DNA from: Candidatus Nezhaarchaeales archaeon
Lineage (GTDB): Archaea > Thermoproteota > Methanomethylicia > Nezhaarchaeales > WYZ-LMO8
Length of the DNA stretch: 64,000 bases
Reading direction: 5' to 3'
NCBI GenBank assembly: GCA_038887515.1
Contig: JAWAKK010000001.1
Coordinates: 96,001 to 160,000, forward strand
In this document: piece after piece, positions 18,258 through 28,476 of the stretch
Numbering within the stretch: position 1 is the first letter of the stretch
How the letters are laid out: the number at the start of each line of letters is the position of its first letter
Position numbers and translations under genes: made by a program
The notes under the pieces: generated by a model
Database searches by the model: none
What the model was told of the DNA's origin: nothing
Seen by the model: only the letters and a program-made list of their open reading frames with translations

Positions 18258-19763
18258 TCATTCCTCGCATTCGTTTCTTGTCGAACTTTCATTACTACGC
18301 TTAACTTTACGCTCCAGTTTTTGAAACTTTGCCCTTAAGCTCAATATACAGCCCATCCCCCTATTACCTCCTAGAGGATTCTGCGGCGTCCCCAAGGAAT
18401 GTAAACACCTAGCCATTACATTAGCCCCCAAGGCTAAGCCGTCTTCAACGAACACGACTCTTCTATTGACGTCGTCGTTAAATACGCCAAGCTCGTCAAC
18501 ATACTTAAGTATTAAGTAAGGCTTTAGACCTGTTATTCCTGCCCTTCCAGTTATACCTATGGTGTAATTATCATTTATTAAACCGTGCGCTATTAAGGTC
18601 TCCAGGACTCTTTTAGCTATAAGAGCTGAAGTATAATCCAGTATCGCTAAGAGCGTCTTGCCTCCATATTGACTGTAGAACTCGTGACCTAGTGACCGCA
18701 ATTTAGGTAAGTAACTTCCATTATCCCCTACATCGCATCCTATCAGTAATACTCCTTGCTCGCACGCTAACTTTGCATTAATGGGTATCATGCCCACGCG
18801 TACTGCACTTGGAAGGACTTTCCTTACGTCTATGTACTTATGCACTTCATAAGCTAATTCCTCGCACTTCTCAGCATCTATGACGTCTTTGGTCTTAATG
18901 TACTCTGAAAACTCTAAAGCTGACGTCGCGACTTCGGTACCTTGAATTAAAGCATCACAAATAGCTCCAGAGAGACCACATATACTGCCTATAGTCTTGG
19001 CGTAAGGAAGTTCATCATTTGTAACCCTTCCTTTAAAGGTAGTCCCAAAATCCATGGATATTATAGGGTTTCTACAATCTACATCAGTCCACTTAGCTCC
19101 AACCTTTATACCGGCAGTCGAAAGCTCAGCTTCCATCTCATTTGCCATTATCTCACCTCCACTCTTGGGAGGTAGGCAGCCAGCAATCGCTCCATCAAAA
19201 AAGACTACATCAAGTTTTGAATATTCTTTTAAATCATCTGGAAGAGAGTTCTTAGATAAAGGTGCTATCATTTTTGACGGACTTATACCAGCTGCCAGAC
19301 AACCCTTGGCTAATGCCCTTATAACCGAGCCGACTTCTTCTGGTGTTCCAAAGCTAGCGCTAATACCTGTTGATTGCACTACAAAATGTAAATCTTTATC
19401 CCTATCTAGTCCAGCTTCCCTAACGCAAGATACGAGGAAATCCCTGATAAACTCGATTACTGCCATTTCGCTTAGCATCTTCCCCCACAAGGTATAGCCT
19501 AGTAAGCGCTCGTTGGGGTGGGGTCTTCTGATGTTTCGTGTTAGTTCGACTGCCCTCCTTACTAGGTAAATTTTTCCAGTTTTTAAATCAGTAGTAGTTA
19601 TGATGCACTTAGTAGTGGTGTTGCCAAGCTCAATTGATGCGACAGTGAAGAGTTGCCCAGTCCCTCTAGTTGTTACTTTCACAGGATCAATGAACATGCC
19701 GCGCGCAATTCTAGGGTTATACTTGCCGATTTTACCCTTTCTCTTTAAAAATTTAAGCCTCAT
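18258..19763 (-). CDS. Methanogenesis marker protein 14 (DUF2114)
   Basis: VASIELGNTTTKCI, ANEMEAEL.TAGIK, SMDFGTT, EDGLALGA.VMARC..SLGTP.NPLGG; follows mtrH. Confidence 0.88.
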   Translation of the reverse strand: MRLKFLKRKGKIGKYNPRIARGMFIDPVKVTTRGTGQLFTVASIELGNTTTKCIITTTDLKTGKIYLVRRAVELTRNIRRPHPNERLLGYTLWGKMLSEMAVIEFIRDFLVSCVREAGLDRDKDLHFVVQSTGISASFGTPEEVGSVIRALAKGCLAAGISPSKMIAPLSKNSLPDDLKEYSKLDVVFFDGAIAGCLPPKSGGEIMANEMEAELSTAGIKVGAKWTDVDCRNPIISMDFGTTFKGRVTNDELPYAKTIGSICGLSGAICDALIQGTEVATSALEFSEYIKTKDVIDAEKCEELAYEVHKYIDVRKVLPSAVRVGMIPINAKLACEQGVLLIGCDVGDNGSYLPKLRSLGHEFYSQYGGKTLLAILDYTSALIAKRVLETLIAHGLINDNYTIGITGRAGITGLKPYLILKYVDELGVFNDDVNRRVVFVEDGLALGANVMARCLHSLGTPQNPLGGNRGMGCILSLRAKFQKLERKVKRSNESSTRNECEE

Positions 19764-19767
19764 AGTT

Positions 19768-20715
19768 TTAGCCTACAAGTCTTCGATATGGATGATCTTC
19801 ACTTATGGGGAGTCCAAGCTCAAGGTGGGTTGTATCCGTCACAATAGCGTCAGCCATGGCTACTACTGGAAAAACGAATTCTGCATTCTCTATGGGTCCA
19901 TAGAGTACGAAGTTGCCACCGATAATTACTTGAAGGATGTTGCTAGCTATATCGCAGAATCTAAATATCTCTCTACCTCGGGGATGCTCTTTCTTAATTC
20001 TCTTAAGCCACGGCCAGGCCGATATAACGTTATGTAAACTGCTCCCTGTCGGGTAACCGAACTTTGACTTAATGACATACGTTGATGCTAGGGCAGCTCC
20101 TGCACCAGCTCCTAAAGTAGTTACTGCGACATCGATCAATGTAGCCTTGACTCCACACTCATTGGCAATATTAAGTAACCCATTTTTAACAACGCCTCCT
20201 CCGCTCGTTAGTATTGTAACCTTACCCCTTATCGAGGGGTCGGCCGGATTAAACGCCAAAATAACGCTATTAGGCATTTTTAGTTCTCTTAGAACATTAA
20301 ACTCTTCTTCAGTTATTGAAACGTTTATTGAGTTATATACGGCTTTATCGATAAGCCCAACCTCTTTGGCATATTTTGCGCCTTCAATCCTAACTCTAGG
20401 TTCTGTAGAATCTATTAGAAATGGAGATGGGGTGACTGATGCTACAAAATCTATGTACTTCTTCATTGCCTCGACGCTTTCGGAGAATATTTGGACCATG
20501 CAAGGGTTACCGGTTATATCGGACATTTCCTCTTGCTTCTTTATTAACGCCTCGGCTTTGTCTTTATCAAAAAGGCCTTTCCTATGGTCACTTACTATTT
20601 TATGTCCTCCATAAAATATTGTTCCAGCTAAGACCGTAGGGTTTTCGCCTGGTTGTCCTCCTATCTTAACTTTCCCTACTTGGTAAACGTACTGCTCTCT
20701 AGCGAATAGATATAT
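19768..20715 (-). CDS. mtrH: Mtr subunit H (methyl-H4MPT:corrinoid methyltransferase); frame extends 63 codons above the ORF-track ATG to a putative ATA start
   Basis: YLFAREQ...KIGGQPGENPTVLAGTIFY...DITGNP...FLIDST...YNSIN...HN..SAW.W...LYGPIENA; SD GGAGGTG 8 nt upstream of the ATA. Confidence 0.92.
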   Translation of the reverse strand: MYLFAREQYVYQVGKVKIGGQPGENPTVLAGTIFYGGHKIVSDHRKGLFDKDKAEALIKKQEEMSDITGNPCMVQIFSESVEAMKKYIDFVASVTPSPFLIDSTEPRVRIEGAKYAKEVGLIDKAVYNSINVSITEEEFNVLRELKMPNSVILAFNPADPSIRGKVTILTSGGGVVKNGLLNIANECGVKATLIDVAVTTLGAGAGAALASTYVIKSKFGYPTGSSLHNVISAWPWLKRIKKEHPRGREIFRFCDIASNILQVIIGGNFVLYGPIENAEFVFPVVAMADAIVTDTTHLELGLPISEDHPYRRLVG

Positions 20716-21100
20716 TGCAATTACACCTCCAACTAGACAACTTCACTTTTAAGATCCAAGTAACTCTTTAAGCTTTACGTGACTTAACAGTAAAGAATGA
20801 TTAGAATAATTGAAAATTAATTTAGAACACTAAGAAGCCACCTTTATCATAGGGGTCCTTCCAGTTAAGAGATTGTAAGGTTGGGAGATGTTATATTTAA
20901 ATTCGAAGTTACACTTCTAACAGATTCAGGTTAAGCGACGTTCCCGTCTAAATCTTGCCGAAGTCATGTAATCAAGGCAACTTTATGGCTTAAACCAAGG
21001 AGCATTGCCTGTCCCTAAATCGCTCTCGCCTTACGTTTATGGTTCCCCCGACAGTCTTATATACCTCTAACGTAAAAAGAATTGAGGGTTTTTACTAAAT

Positions 21101-22228
21101 ATGGTAGATGAGCTTAACGCGGCTCTAGTGCTAGAAGACGGCTCTATTTTCCTTGGAAGAGGGTTTGGCTTCCCAAAGAAAGTGATCGGAGAAGTTGTGT
21201 TCACTACAGGTATGGTGGGCTATCCAGAATCGATAACTGATCCATCGTATCGAGGCCAGATATTATGTTTTACTTATCCTCTAATTGGGAATTATGGAGT
21301 TCCAAACCCCAATATTAGAGATACTTGGGGACTACCATTACATTTTGAATCTGATAAACCTCAAGTACTAGGAATAATAATCCATGAACTATGCAATAGC
21401 CCTAGCCATTGGGCAAGCGTTAAGAGCCTTCACCAATGGTTGTACGAAGAAGGAATACCCGGAATGTATGGTATAGACACTAGAAAGTTAACTAAGAAGC
21501 TGAGAGTTAAGGGAGTGATGATGGGGGCCCTCGAAGTAAGTGAAGGCGAAGTAAACGTCGACAAGCTCTTTTCACTACTTGAAAGGGCACAAAGATATGA
21601 ACGGCTAGACTTAGTGGGCGAAGTCACAATAAAAGAGCCTATAGTTTATGATAATAGAGGGCCAACAGTTGTAGTAATAGATTGCGGCGTAAAATATGGA
21701 ATAATAAGGAACCTGTTGAGGAGAGGTTTGACGGTCGTAAGGTCACCTAGAGACTCTAGTGCCGATGACGTCTTAAAGTTCGAGCCTAAAGGAATTCTAG
21801 TAAGCAATGGTCCTGGGAACCCCGAAATTAATGTTAAAACTATCAACACAATAAGAGACCTCATAGAAGTAGGAATCCCCATGCTAGGGATATGCCTTGG
21901 AAACCAGATGATAGCTCTAGCCCTAGGAGCATCGACATTTAAAATGAAGTTTGGCCATAGAGGACAGAATAAGCCGTCCATAGACATGGAATCTGGAATA
22001 TGTTATGTAACTAGCCAAAACCATGGATTCGCCGTCCGCGAAGACACATTAAAAGAATCGGGCTTATCACTATGGTTCCTCAACGCTGATGACATGACCG
22101 TAGAGGGATTAAAGCATAGGAAAAAACCAGTAATTGCAGTTCAATTTCATCCAGAAGCGTCGCCCGGTCCCTATGATACCGAGTTCGTCTTTGACATGTT
22201 TGTTAACATCATGGGAGTTGAAAGCTGA
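21101..22228 (+). CDS. carA: Carbamoyl-phosphate synthase small subunit
   Basis: GEVVFTTGMVGY, SNGPG, GICLG and QFHPE motifs. Confidence 0.97.
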   Translation: MVDELNAALVLEDGSIFLGRGFGFPKKVIGEVVFTTGMVGYPESITDPSYRGQILCFTYPLIGNYGVPNPNIRDTWGLPLHFESDKPQVLGIIIHELCNSPSHWASVKSLHQWLYEEGIPGMYGIDTRKLTKKLRVKGVMMGALEVSEGEVNVDKLFSLLERAQRYERLDLVGEVTIKEPIVYDNRGPTVVVIDCGVKYGIIRNLLRRGLTVVRSPRDSSADDVLKFEPKGILVSNGPGNPEINVKTINTIRDLIEVGIPMLGICLGNQMIALALGASTFKMKFGHRGQNKPSIDMESGICYVTSQNHGFAVREDTLKESGLSLWFLNADDMTVEGLKHRKKPVIAVQFHPEASPGPYDTEFVFDMFVNIMGVES

Positions 22229-25200
22229 TGAGCAAAGAGACCGTTAAGAAGGTCTTAATACTAGGTTCAGGGGCAATAAAGATAGGTGAAGCAGGGGAAT
22301 TCGATTATAGCGGCTCTCAAGCTCTCAAAGCCGTTAGAGAGGAGGGCATTGAAACCGTCCTCGTGAATCCAAACATAGCCACGATACAAACAGACCCTAA
22401 GTTGGCTGGGAAGGTGTACTTAATCCCCGTCTTGCCGGATTTTGTGGCTGAAGTAATAGAAAAGGAGAGGCCTGACGGCATAATGTTGGGCTTTGGAGGC
22501 CAAACAGCTCTAAACTGTGGAGTTCAGCTGTACAATATGGGTGTATTGCAGAAATATGGAGTTAAAGTTTTGGGGACGTCTGTTGAAAGCATAAAGAAGT
22601 GTTCTGATAGACTCTTATTCAAAGAGACCATCGAGTCAGCCGGATTGCCGATGCCTTGTAGCAAGGCGGCTTATAGCATTGAGGAGGCCGTAGAGGTCGC
22701 AAAGGACATAGGCTACCCGGTGATGGTAAGGGTTGCTTATACTTTAGGTGGCAAAGCTTCCGGAATTGCGAGAAATGAGAAAGAGCTTGTGGAGATAGTT
22801 AGAAGAGGTATCGCTCACAGCTTAATAGGGCAAGTGTTGATTGAAGAGTGCATAGCTACGTGGAAGCAGATAGAGTACGAAGTTATGAGAGACAAGTACG
22901 GAGACAGCGTGACCGTATGTAACATGGAAAACATACTTGGCATGAAGGTTCACACAGGAGACAATATAGTGGTAGCGCCGTCTCAGACGATAACTAATAG
23001 GGAGTATCACATTTTGAGGATCGCCTCTATAAAGGCCGCTGAAACACTCCAGATAATAGGGGAATGTAATGTTCAATTGGCCTTAGACCCCACATCGGAA
23101 AAATTCTACATTATAGAGATGAACCCCCGACTATCTAGGAGTTCGGCGTTGGCATCTAAAGCTACTGGTTATCCTCTTGCCTACATGGCAGCGAAACTTG
23201 CCCTAGGCTATAGGCTTCATGAACTTATAAACAAAGTGACTGGAAAAACTACGGCTTGCTTCGAGCCAGCTTTAGATTACGTAGTTCTGAAGTTCCCGAG
23301 ATGGGACTTCCAGAAGTTCGAAGGGGTCGATAGAAGACTTGGAACACAGATGAAGTCTGTTGGAGAAGTAATGGCGATAGGACGTTGTTTTGAAGAAGCT
23401 CTTCAAAAGGCTATTAGGATGCTTGATATAGGGAAGCCAGGCCTGGTTGCAAGTAGCATAAGTGATCGAAACCTTCTAAGACAAAAACTTATCGAAATGA
23501 CGGACGAAATATTATTTGACGTGGCCGCAGCCCTTAAAGCAGGCATGACGGTAGAGGAAATACATGAATTATCTTCTATAGATCCATGGTTCATAGAGAA
23601 GATAAAGAACATAGTCGATATGGAGGAGAAGTTAAGATCGCTCAGAGGTAAGCAGCTTGATGAACTCATCGACATCATAAGAGAGGCTAAGAGACTAGGC
23701 TTCTCGGACAAACAGATAGCCATGTGCCTTGGTTTAACGGAAGACGATGTCAGGAACTTCAGGTACAAGAAGGGTTTGATCCCCGCAGTCAAGCAGATAG
23801 ATACGCTTGCAGCCGAGTGGCCTGCTCAAACAAACTATCTGTACGTGACTTATGGAGGAGAAGAAGACGACGTAGAATTTAAGAAAGACGTGAAAAAAGT
23901 CATAGTGTTAGGCGCGGGCACATATCGGATTGGTAGTTCTGTCGAATTCGATTGGTGTACCATGAACATGGTGTGGGCCCTTAAGGAAAGGGGATTAGAC
24001 GAGGTTATAGTAATAAATTGCAATCCTGAAACGGTGTCCACCGATTACGACATGAGTGATAAGCTATACTTTGAAGAACTGACCCTCGAAAGAGTGCTCG
24101 ACATATGCTATAAGGAGAACCCGTGGGGAGTAATCACGTGCGTTGGAGGACAAATACCGAACAACTTAGCTCCAAAACTCGAGAAACTCGGCATTAGAAT
24201 ACTCGGCACAGCTGGAGAGGATGTAGATAGAGCTGAGGATAGAGCTAAATTTAGTAAACTCTTAGACGAGCTTGGAATATCACAACCTCCATGGGCTAAG
24301 TTCGCCTCAATAGAAGAGGCCGAAGATTTTGCGCGGCGGGTTGGTTATCCCGTACTCGTTAGACCCTCTTATGTTCTAAGTGGCGCAGCTATGAGAGTTG
24401 CATGGACCCCTGAGCAGCTTAGGGAATTTCTAAGGAAAGCGACGAGCGTAAGCCAAGAACATCCAGTTGTGATAAGCAAGTTCATAGAAGACGCCATAGA
24501 GGTGGAGGTTGACGCCGTATCGGATGGTGAGACGACGGTCATAGGGGCAGTTATAGAGCACGTCGAGCGTGCAGGAGTTCATTCTGGAGATGCGACGATG
24601 GTGATACCACCTCAAAGGTTAAGTTCTAATATAATAAAGACAATAAAGGACTATACGAAACGAATAGCGAAGGCCCTTAAGATTAAGGGACCCTTCAACA
24701 TACAGTTCCTCGTTAAGGAAGGAAACGTCTACGTCATAGAGTGTAACTTGAGAGCTTCAAGGTCTATGCCCTTCACCTCAAAGGTTAAAGCTGTTAACTT
24801 AATGAAACTCGCCTCTTACGCTCTGGTTGGTGAGAAGATACCTTGGAAGGGGGACGAGGAACCTCCACCTTTAGCGGTAGGAGTAAAGGTACCACAATTC
24901 TCTTTCATGCAACTTGAAGGGGCGGACCCGGTATTAGGGGTTGAAATGCAATCAACTGGTGAAGTTGCATGCTTAGGCGAAACGTTTACAGAAGCTTTCT
25001 ACAAAGCTCTTCTCGCTGCTGGTTTTAAGATACCCGTTAGCGGAGGGAACATCCTAATAACCGTCGGTGGCGTAGAACTTAAGAAGAAAATACTCCCATT
25101 AGTCAAGTATTTTAGAGCTCTTGGCTTTAACATCCTCGCCACTGAACACACGGCTGACTTCTTAAGAGAGGAGGGCTTCAATGACGTGAAGGTATTGTAC

Positions 25201-25488
25201 AAGGTTAGAGAAGTTAGCAGAAAACCGAATATAATGGACGCCATACTTAAGAGGGAAATAGACTTAGTCATAAATATACCATCATCGATAACTCTTGATA
25301 AGTACGCCGAGATGTTAAGGGACGAATACATCATAAGGAGAAAATCAGTTGAGCTAGGTATACCAGTTGTGACAACGTTAGAAATGGCATACGCGCTCTT
25401 GAAGGTAGTTACATGGCGTATGCTCGGTAAGCCAACGGTCTACTCGCTTAACGAGTACATGGATAGAGCAGTAATTAAGGTGTGGTAA
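22228..25488 (+). CDS. carB: Carbamoyl-phosphate synthase large subunit
   Basis: GEFDYSG, NPRLSRSSALASKATG, NPETVSTDYD and RPSYVLSG motifs. Confidence 0.97.
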   Translation: MSKETVKKVLILGSGAIKIGEAGEFDYSGSQALKAVREEGIETVLVNPNIATIQTDPKLAGKVYLIPVLPDFVAEVIEKERPDGIMLGFGGQTALNCGVQLYNMGVLQKYGVKVLGTSVESIKKCSDRLLFKETIESAGLPMPCSKAAYSIEEAVEVAKDIGYPVMVRVAYTLGGKASGIARNEKELVEIVRRGIAHSLIGQVLIEECIATWKQIEYEVMRDKYGDSVTVCNMENILGMKVHTGDNIVVAPSQTITNREYHILRIASIKAAETLQIIGECNVQLALDPTSEKFYIIEMNPRLSRSSALASKATGYPLAYMAAKLALGYRLHELINKVTGKTTACFEPALDYVVLKFPRWDFQKFEGVDRRLGTQMKSVGEVMAIGRCFEEALQKAIRMLDIGKPGLVASSISDRNLLRQKLIEMTDEILFDVAAALKAGMTVEEIHELSSIDPWFIEKIKNIVDMEEKLRSLRGKQLDELIDIIREAKRLGFSDKQIAMCLGLTEDDVRNFRYKKGLIPAVKQIDTLAAEWPAQTNYLYVTYGGEEDDVEFKKDVKKVIVLGAGTYRIGSSVEFDWCTMNMVWALKERGLDEVIVINCNPETVSTDYDMSDKLYFEELTLERVLDICYKENPWGVITCVGGQIPNNLAPKLEKLGIRILGTAGEDVDRAEDRAKFSKLLDELGISQPPWAKFASIEEAEDFARRVGYPVLVRPSYVLSGAAMRVAWTPEQLREFLRKATSVSQEHPVVISKFIEDAIEVEVDAVSDGETTVIGAVIEHVERAGVHSGDATMVIPPQRLSSNIIKTIKDYTKRIAKALKIKGPFNIQFLVKEGNVYVIECNLRASRSMPFTSKVKAVNLMKLASYALVGEKIPWKGDEEPPPLAVGVKVPQFSFMQLEGADPVLGVEMQSTGEVACLGETFTEAFYKALLAAGFKIPVSGGNILITVGGVELKKKILPLVKYFRALGFNILATEHTADFLREEGFNDVKVLYKVREVSRKPNIMDAILKREIDLVINIPSSITLDKYAEMLRDEYIIRRKSVELGIPVVTTLEMAYALLKVVTWRMLGKPTVYSLNEYMDRAVIKVW

Positions 25489-25558
25489 ACAGTTCCTCAG
25501 AATTTTTAAATTACCCTAAAATTCTTATCAGTTAAGCTGAGCCTAGGAGAAGGATCCC

Positions 25559-26866
25559 ATGAAATTCCACCTTCAATGCATAGAGTGTGGGGCTGAATAT
25601 TCTCCGTCACAAATCGTCTATTCTTGTCTAAAGTGCGGCGACTTATTAGATGTAGTTTACGACTATTCTGAGCTTACGGGCGTGAATCTTAGAGAGCTTT
25701 GGTCGGAAAGAGCCTTTGGCGTTTGGCGCTATCGCGAGCTTCTTCCAGTATTATCGAATAATCCTGTCACACTTAAGGAAGGTGGTACAAGGCTTCAATT
25801 GTGCGATAGGCTTGGGGAGATGCTTAAACTTCCCAACATTTACGTTAAGAACGAAGGCGATAACCCTACGGGCTCATTTAAGGATAGAGGGATGACCGTA
25901 GGCGTTACAAGGGCAAAGGAGCTGGGGTCAAAAGTTGTCATATGCGCTTCAACTGGAAACACGTCTGCATCTCTTGCGGCATACGCAGCTAAGGCAGGAC
26001 TTCACTGCATAGTTTTAGTACCTTCGGGCAAAGTCGCTTTAGGAAAACTTGCTCAAGCTATAGTCCACGGAGCTCACGTAATCCTAGTGAAGGAAAACTT
26101 TGATTATGCCCTTAGGGTCGTTAGAAAGCTCTGTTCAATATATCCACTTTACCTCCTCAATTCTATAAACCCTTACAGGCTCGAAGGACAGAGAACGCTT
26201 GCCTACGAAGTGTATGAGCAACTTGGATGCAGACCCCCTGATGTAGTTATAGTCCCTGTAGGCAACGCTGGTAACATAAGCGCCATATGGAAGGGATTTA
26301 AAGAGCTTAAGCTACTAGGCTTAACCGACAGCACCCCGAGAATGATTGGAGTTCAAGCAGAAGGAGCGGCACCATTAGCTAAGACCTTAAAAGAAAACAG
26401 TAACGAGCTGATAAGGGTTCCAAACCCGGAGACTGTTGCAACAGCTATAAGGATAGGGGCACCAGTTAACTGGAAAAAAGCTTTAAGGGCCATCAAGGAG
26501 TCAAAGGGTACCATAATTACGGTATCCGATGACGAGATACTGCATGCTCAAAGGCTTCTGGCTTCAAGGGAAGGTATATTTGTTGAACCTGCTAGCGCAG
26601 CATCTATAGCCGGTCTGATTAGCGTAATAAATCAAGGTTTCTTAGATAAAGGAGAGGTTGTGGTATGCGTTGCTACAGGACATGGATTGAAGGACTCCGA
26701 GGTAGTCTTTAAGAGCAACGTTAAGCCTGTAGAACTTCAAAGTGCTGACGAAATAGATAACTTCGTCAAATCGCTCCTGAATAATCATTATCTCTCAAAC
26801 ACCTCTACGCCTACAATTCTAGGCTTGCAGACAGCAATCAAGCATTCAACCCCCTCACACTCATAA
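25559..26866 (+). CDS. thrC: Threonine synthase
   Basis: NPTGSFKDRG, ASTGNTS, PVGNAGN and EPASA motifs. Confidence 0.95.
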   Translation: MKFHLQCIECGAEYSPSQIVYSCLKCGDLLDVVYDYSELTGVNLRELWSERAFGVWRYRELLPVLSNNPVTLKEGGTRLQLCDRLGEMLKLPNIYVKNEGDNPTGSFKDRGMTVGVTRAKELGSKVVICASTGNTSASLAAYAAKAGLHCIVLVPSGKVALGKLAQAIVHGAHVILVKENFDYALRVVRKLCSIYPLYLLNSINPYRLEGQRTLAYEVYEQLGCRPPDVVIVPVGNAGNISAIWKGFKELKLLGLTDSTPRMIGVQAEGAAPLAKTLKENSNELIRVPNPETVATAIRIGAPVNWKKALRAIKESKGTIITVSDDEILHAQRLLASREGIFVEPASAASIAGLISVINQGFLDKGEVVVCVATGHGLKDSEVVFKSNVKPVELQSADEIDNFVKSLLNNHYLSNTSTPTILGLQTAIKHSTPSHS

Positions 26867-27723
26867 GCTCTTTTCATTGCTTTCGCTACGTCCCACGAAT
26901 TGTTTTTTCTCGCATCAGTAACCGCTATAACTGTCGGACCAGCACCGCTAAGAGTTGCCCCTAGAGCCCCCGCTTCAATTGCTGCCTCCTTAGCCTTTAA
27001 GAACCCTGGGTACACTTTTGCTCTTGCCGCCTCAACTATTGTGTCGGAACTGACTGCCCTACCTATGAGCTCAAGATCCCCCTTAAATATCCCTATTATA
27101 AGCATAGAAAAGGAAGCCATAGATTCTACGTGTTCTCGAAGATTTATGTTCTTAGGAAGTACTGCACGCGCCCTTTCGGTAGTTTTCTTCACATTTGTGG
27201 GTATTGCTAAGGCGAATTCTAAGTGAGGAGGCGGTAGAAGCTTTTCGACCCTTAGAGGACTATAGCTTAAGATAGCTACGAATCCTCCAAGTATTGAAGG
27301 TGCTACATTGTCCGCGTGAGCTACACCCGATGATGCGACCTCGCCTAGGGCAGCGACCTCTATAAGATCAAGCGAGCTTAGCCTTAGGTCCAAGGCTTTA
27401 GCTAATGCGGCCGCCGTGGCAGCTGCAGTTGCTGCACTACTTCCTAATCCAACTCCTTGAGGTATACCCTTCCTAATTTTGATGATCGGGCGTCCTTCTA
27501 TGCCTTTCCTCCTCAATAGTTCTTTTGCGACTAAACCGGCGCTATTCCTCTCAGGGTCTACGGGAATTTGAGAAGCCTCCACTCCCTCAACCTCTATTTC
27601 TATGCCACTCCCTTTTCTAACCTCGACTTCAACTTCATCGTAGGCTAGGTCAAGCGCTACTCCGATAACGTCAAATCCTGGCCCTAAATTTGCTGAAGTA
27701 GCAGGAGCCCTTGCAACAATCAT
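26788..27723 (-). CDS. thrB: Homoserine kinase
   Basis: PATSANLGPGFD, GLGSSAA, HADNVAP and SGAGPT motifs. Confidence 0.96.
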   Translation of the reverse strand: MIVARAPATSANLGPGFDVIGVALDLAYDEVEVEVRKGSGIEIEVEGVEASQIPVDPERNSAGLVAKELLRRKGIEGRPIIKIRKGIPQGVGLGSSAATAAATAAALAKALDLRLSSLDLIEVAALGEVASSGVAHADNVAPSILGGFVAILSYSPLRVEKLLPPPHLEFALAIPTNVKKTTERARAVLPKNINLREHVESMASFSMLIIGIFKGDLELIGRAVSSDTIVEAARAKVYPGFLKAKEAAIEAGALGATLSGAGPTVIAVTDARKNNSWDVAKAMKRAYECEGVECLIAVCKPRIVGVEVFER

Positions 27724-28476
27724 TTACTCGACACCCCTCAAGACCCTCTCCACAATTCTCTTAGGGACGCCAAAGACTTCCTTAGCGATCAAAGAGATAA
27801 GTTCATCGGATGGAGCCATGCGTTCTGCCTTGGTTCTTAAGCACATAGACAATTTTAAAGCTTCTTTCTCGTTCCTACTCTTAACCTTTCTCAACGCTAT
27901 CTTCTCAGCTATCCTTAACGCTATGTAAAACTTTATGAACGAGCGAAAACCCCTTTCATATTCTTTAAACTCTTCAGCTAAAGCTTTGTGAATTTTTAGG
28001 AGCTTCTCTTCATCTTCGAAGCCCAAAACAACAGCTGTTAACAATAGTCTCAGGACTCTAAATATAGTATTCTTACTTACATCACCAGCAACTTCTCGAA
28101 TCGCATCTGATGGTTTGGAACCGTTAAGCAATTTTTGAAGAATTTTTTCGCATTTAATCTCAAGCGAAAAAATTTGACTTAAAGTCTGGTGCTCGTCAAT
28201 TTCTATACCTAAGCCATATTTACCCACAATATAAACCATTGCTAATTCCTTATCGTATAGGTTTTTTGACGTCCATCCTCTTATGGGACCTATACCGCGT
28301 TTTCTATAAGCTTCGCTGAGTCTCTCGACTGTCTCGCTTCTGGTAACAATAGAGCCTGCGAGCATTAAGCTTAAAACATCATTACATGCATCTACGTGAA
28401 GCCTGTATGCCCTATTCATCGGCATTTTGCTCGCACCGGCAACATCTACTAGCTTATTAAGCAAAAATACATTCAA
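27724..28476 (-). CDS. DUF2192-family protein (start probably near 28425)
   Basis: Y...GI.PIRG...LYDKELAMVYIVGKYGLG. Confidence 0.75.
   Translation of the reverse strand: MNVFLLNKLVDVAGASKMPMNRAYRLHVDACNDVLSLMLAGSIVTRSETVERLSEAYRKRGIGPIRGWTSKNLYDKELAMVYIVGKYGLGIEIDEHQTLSQIFSLEIKCEKILQKLLNGSKPSDAIREVAGDVSKNTIFRVLRLLLTAVVLGFEDEEKLLKIHKALAEEFKEYERGFRSFIKFYIALRIAEKIALRKVKSRNEKEALKLSMCLRTKAERMAPSDELISLIAKEVFGVPKRIVERVLRGVE

Noticed and set aside
20745-21100. Long intergenic region between mtrH and carA examined for ncRNA, repeats or mtr remnants
   Set aside because: Only short chance inverted repeats; nothing supportable
26788-26866. Convergent 3' overlaps (thrC/thrB, also DUF47/flippase and rnhB/hypothetical)
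   Set aside because: Common in compact archaeal genomes; the tails look like unconserved run-on
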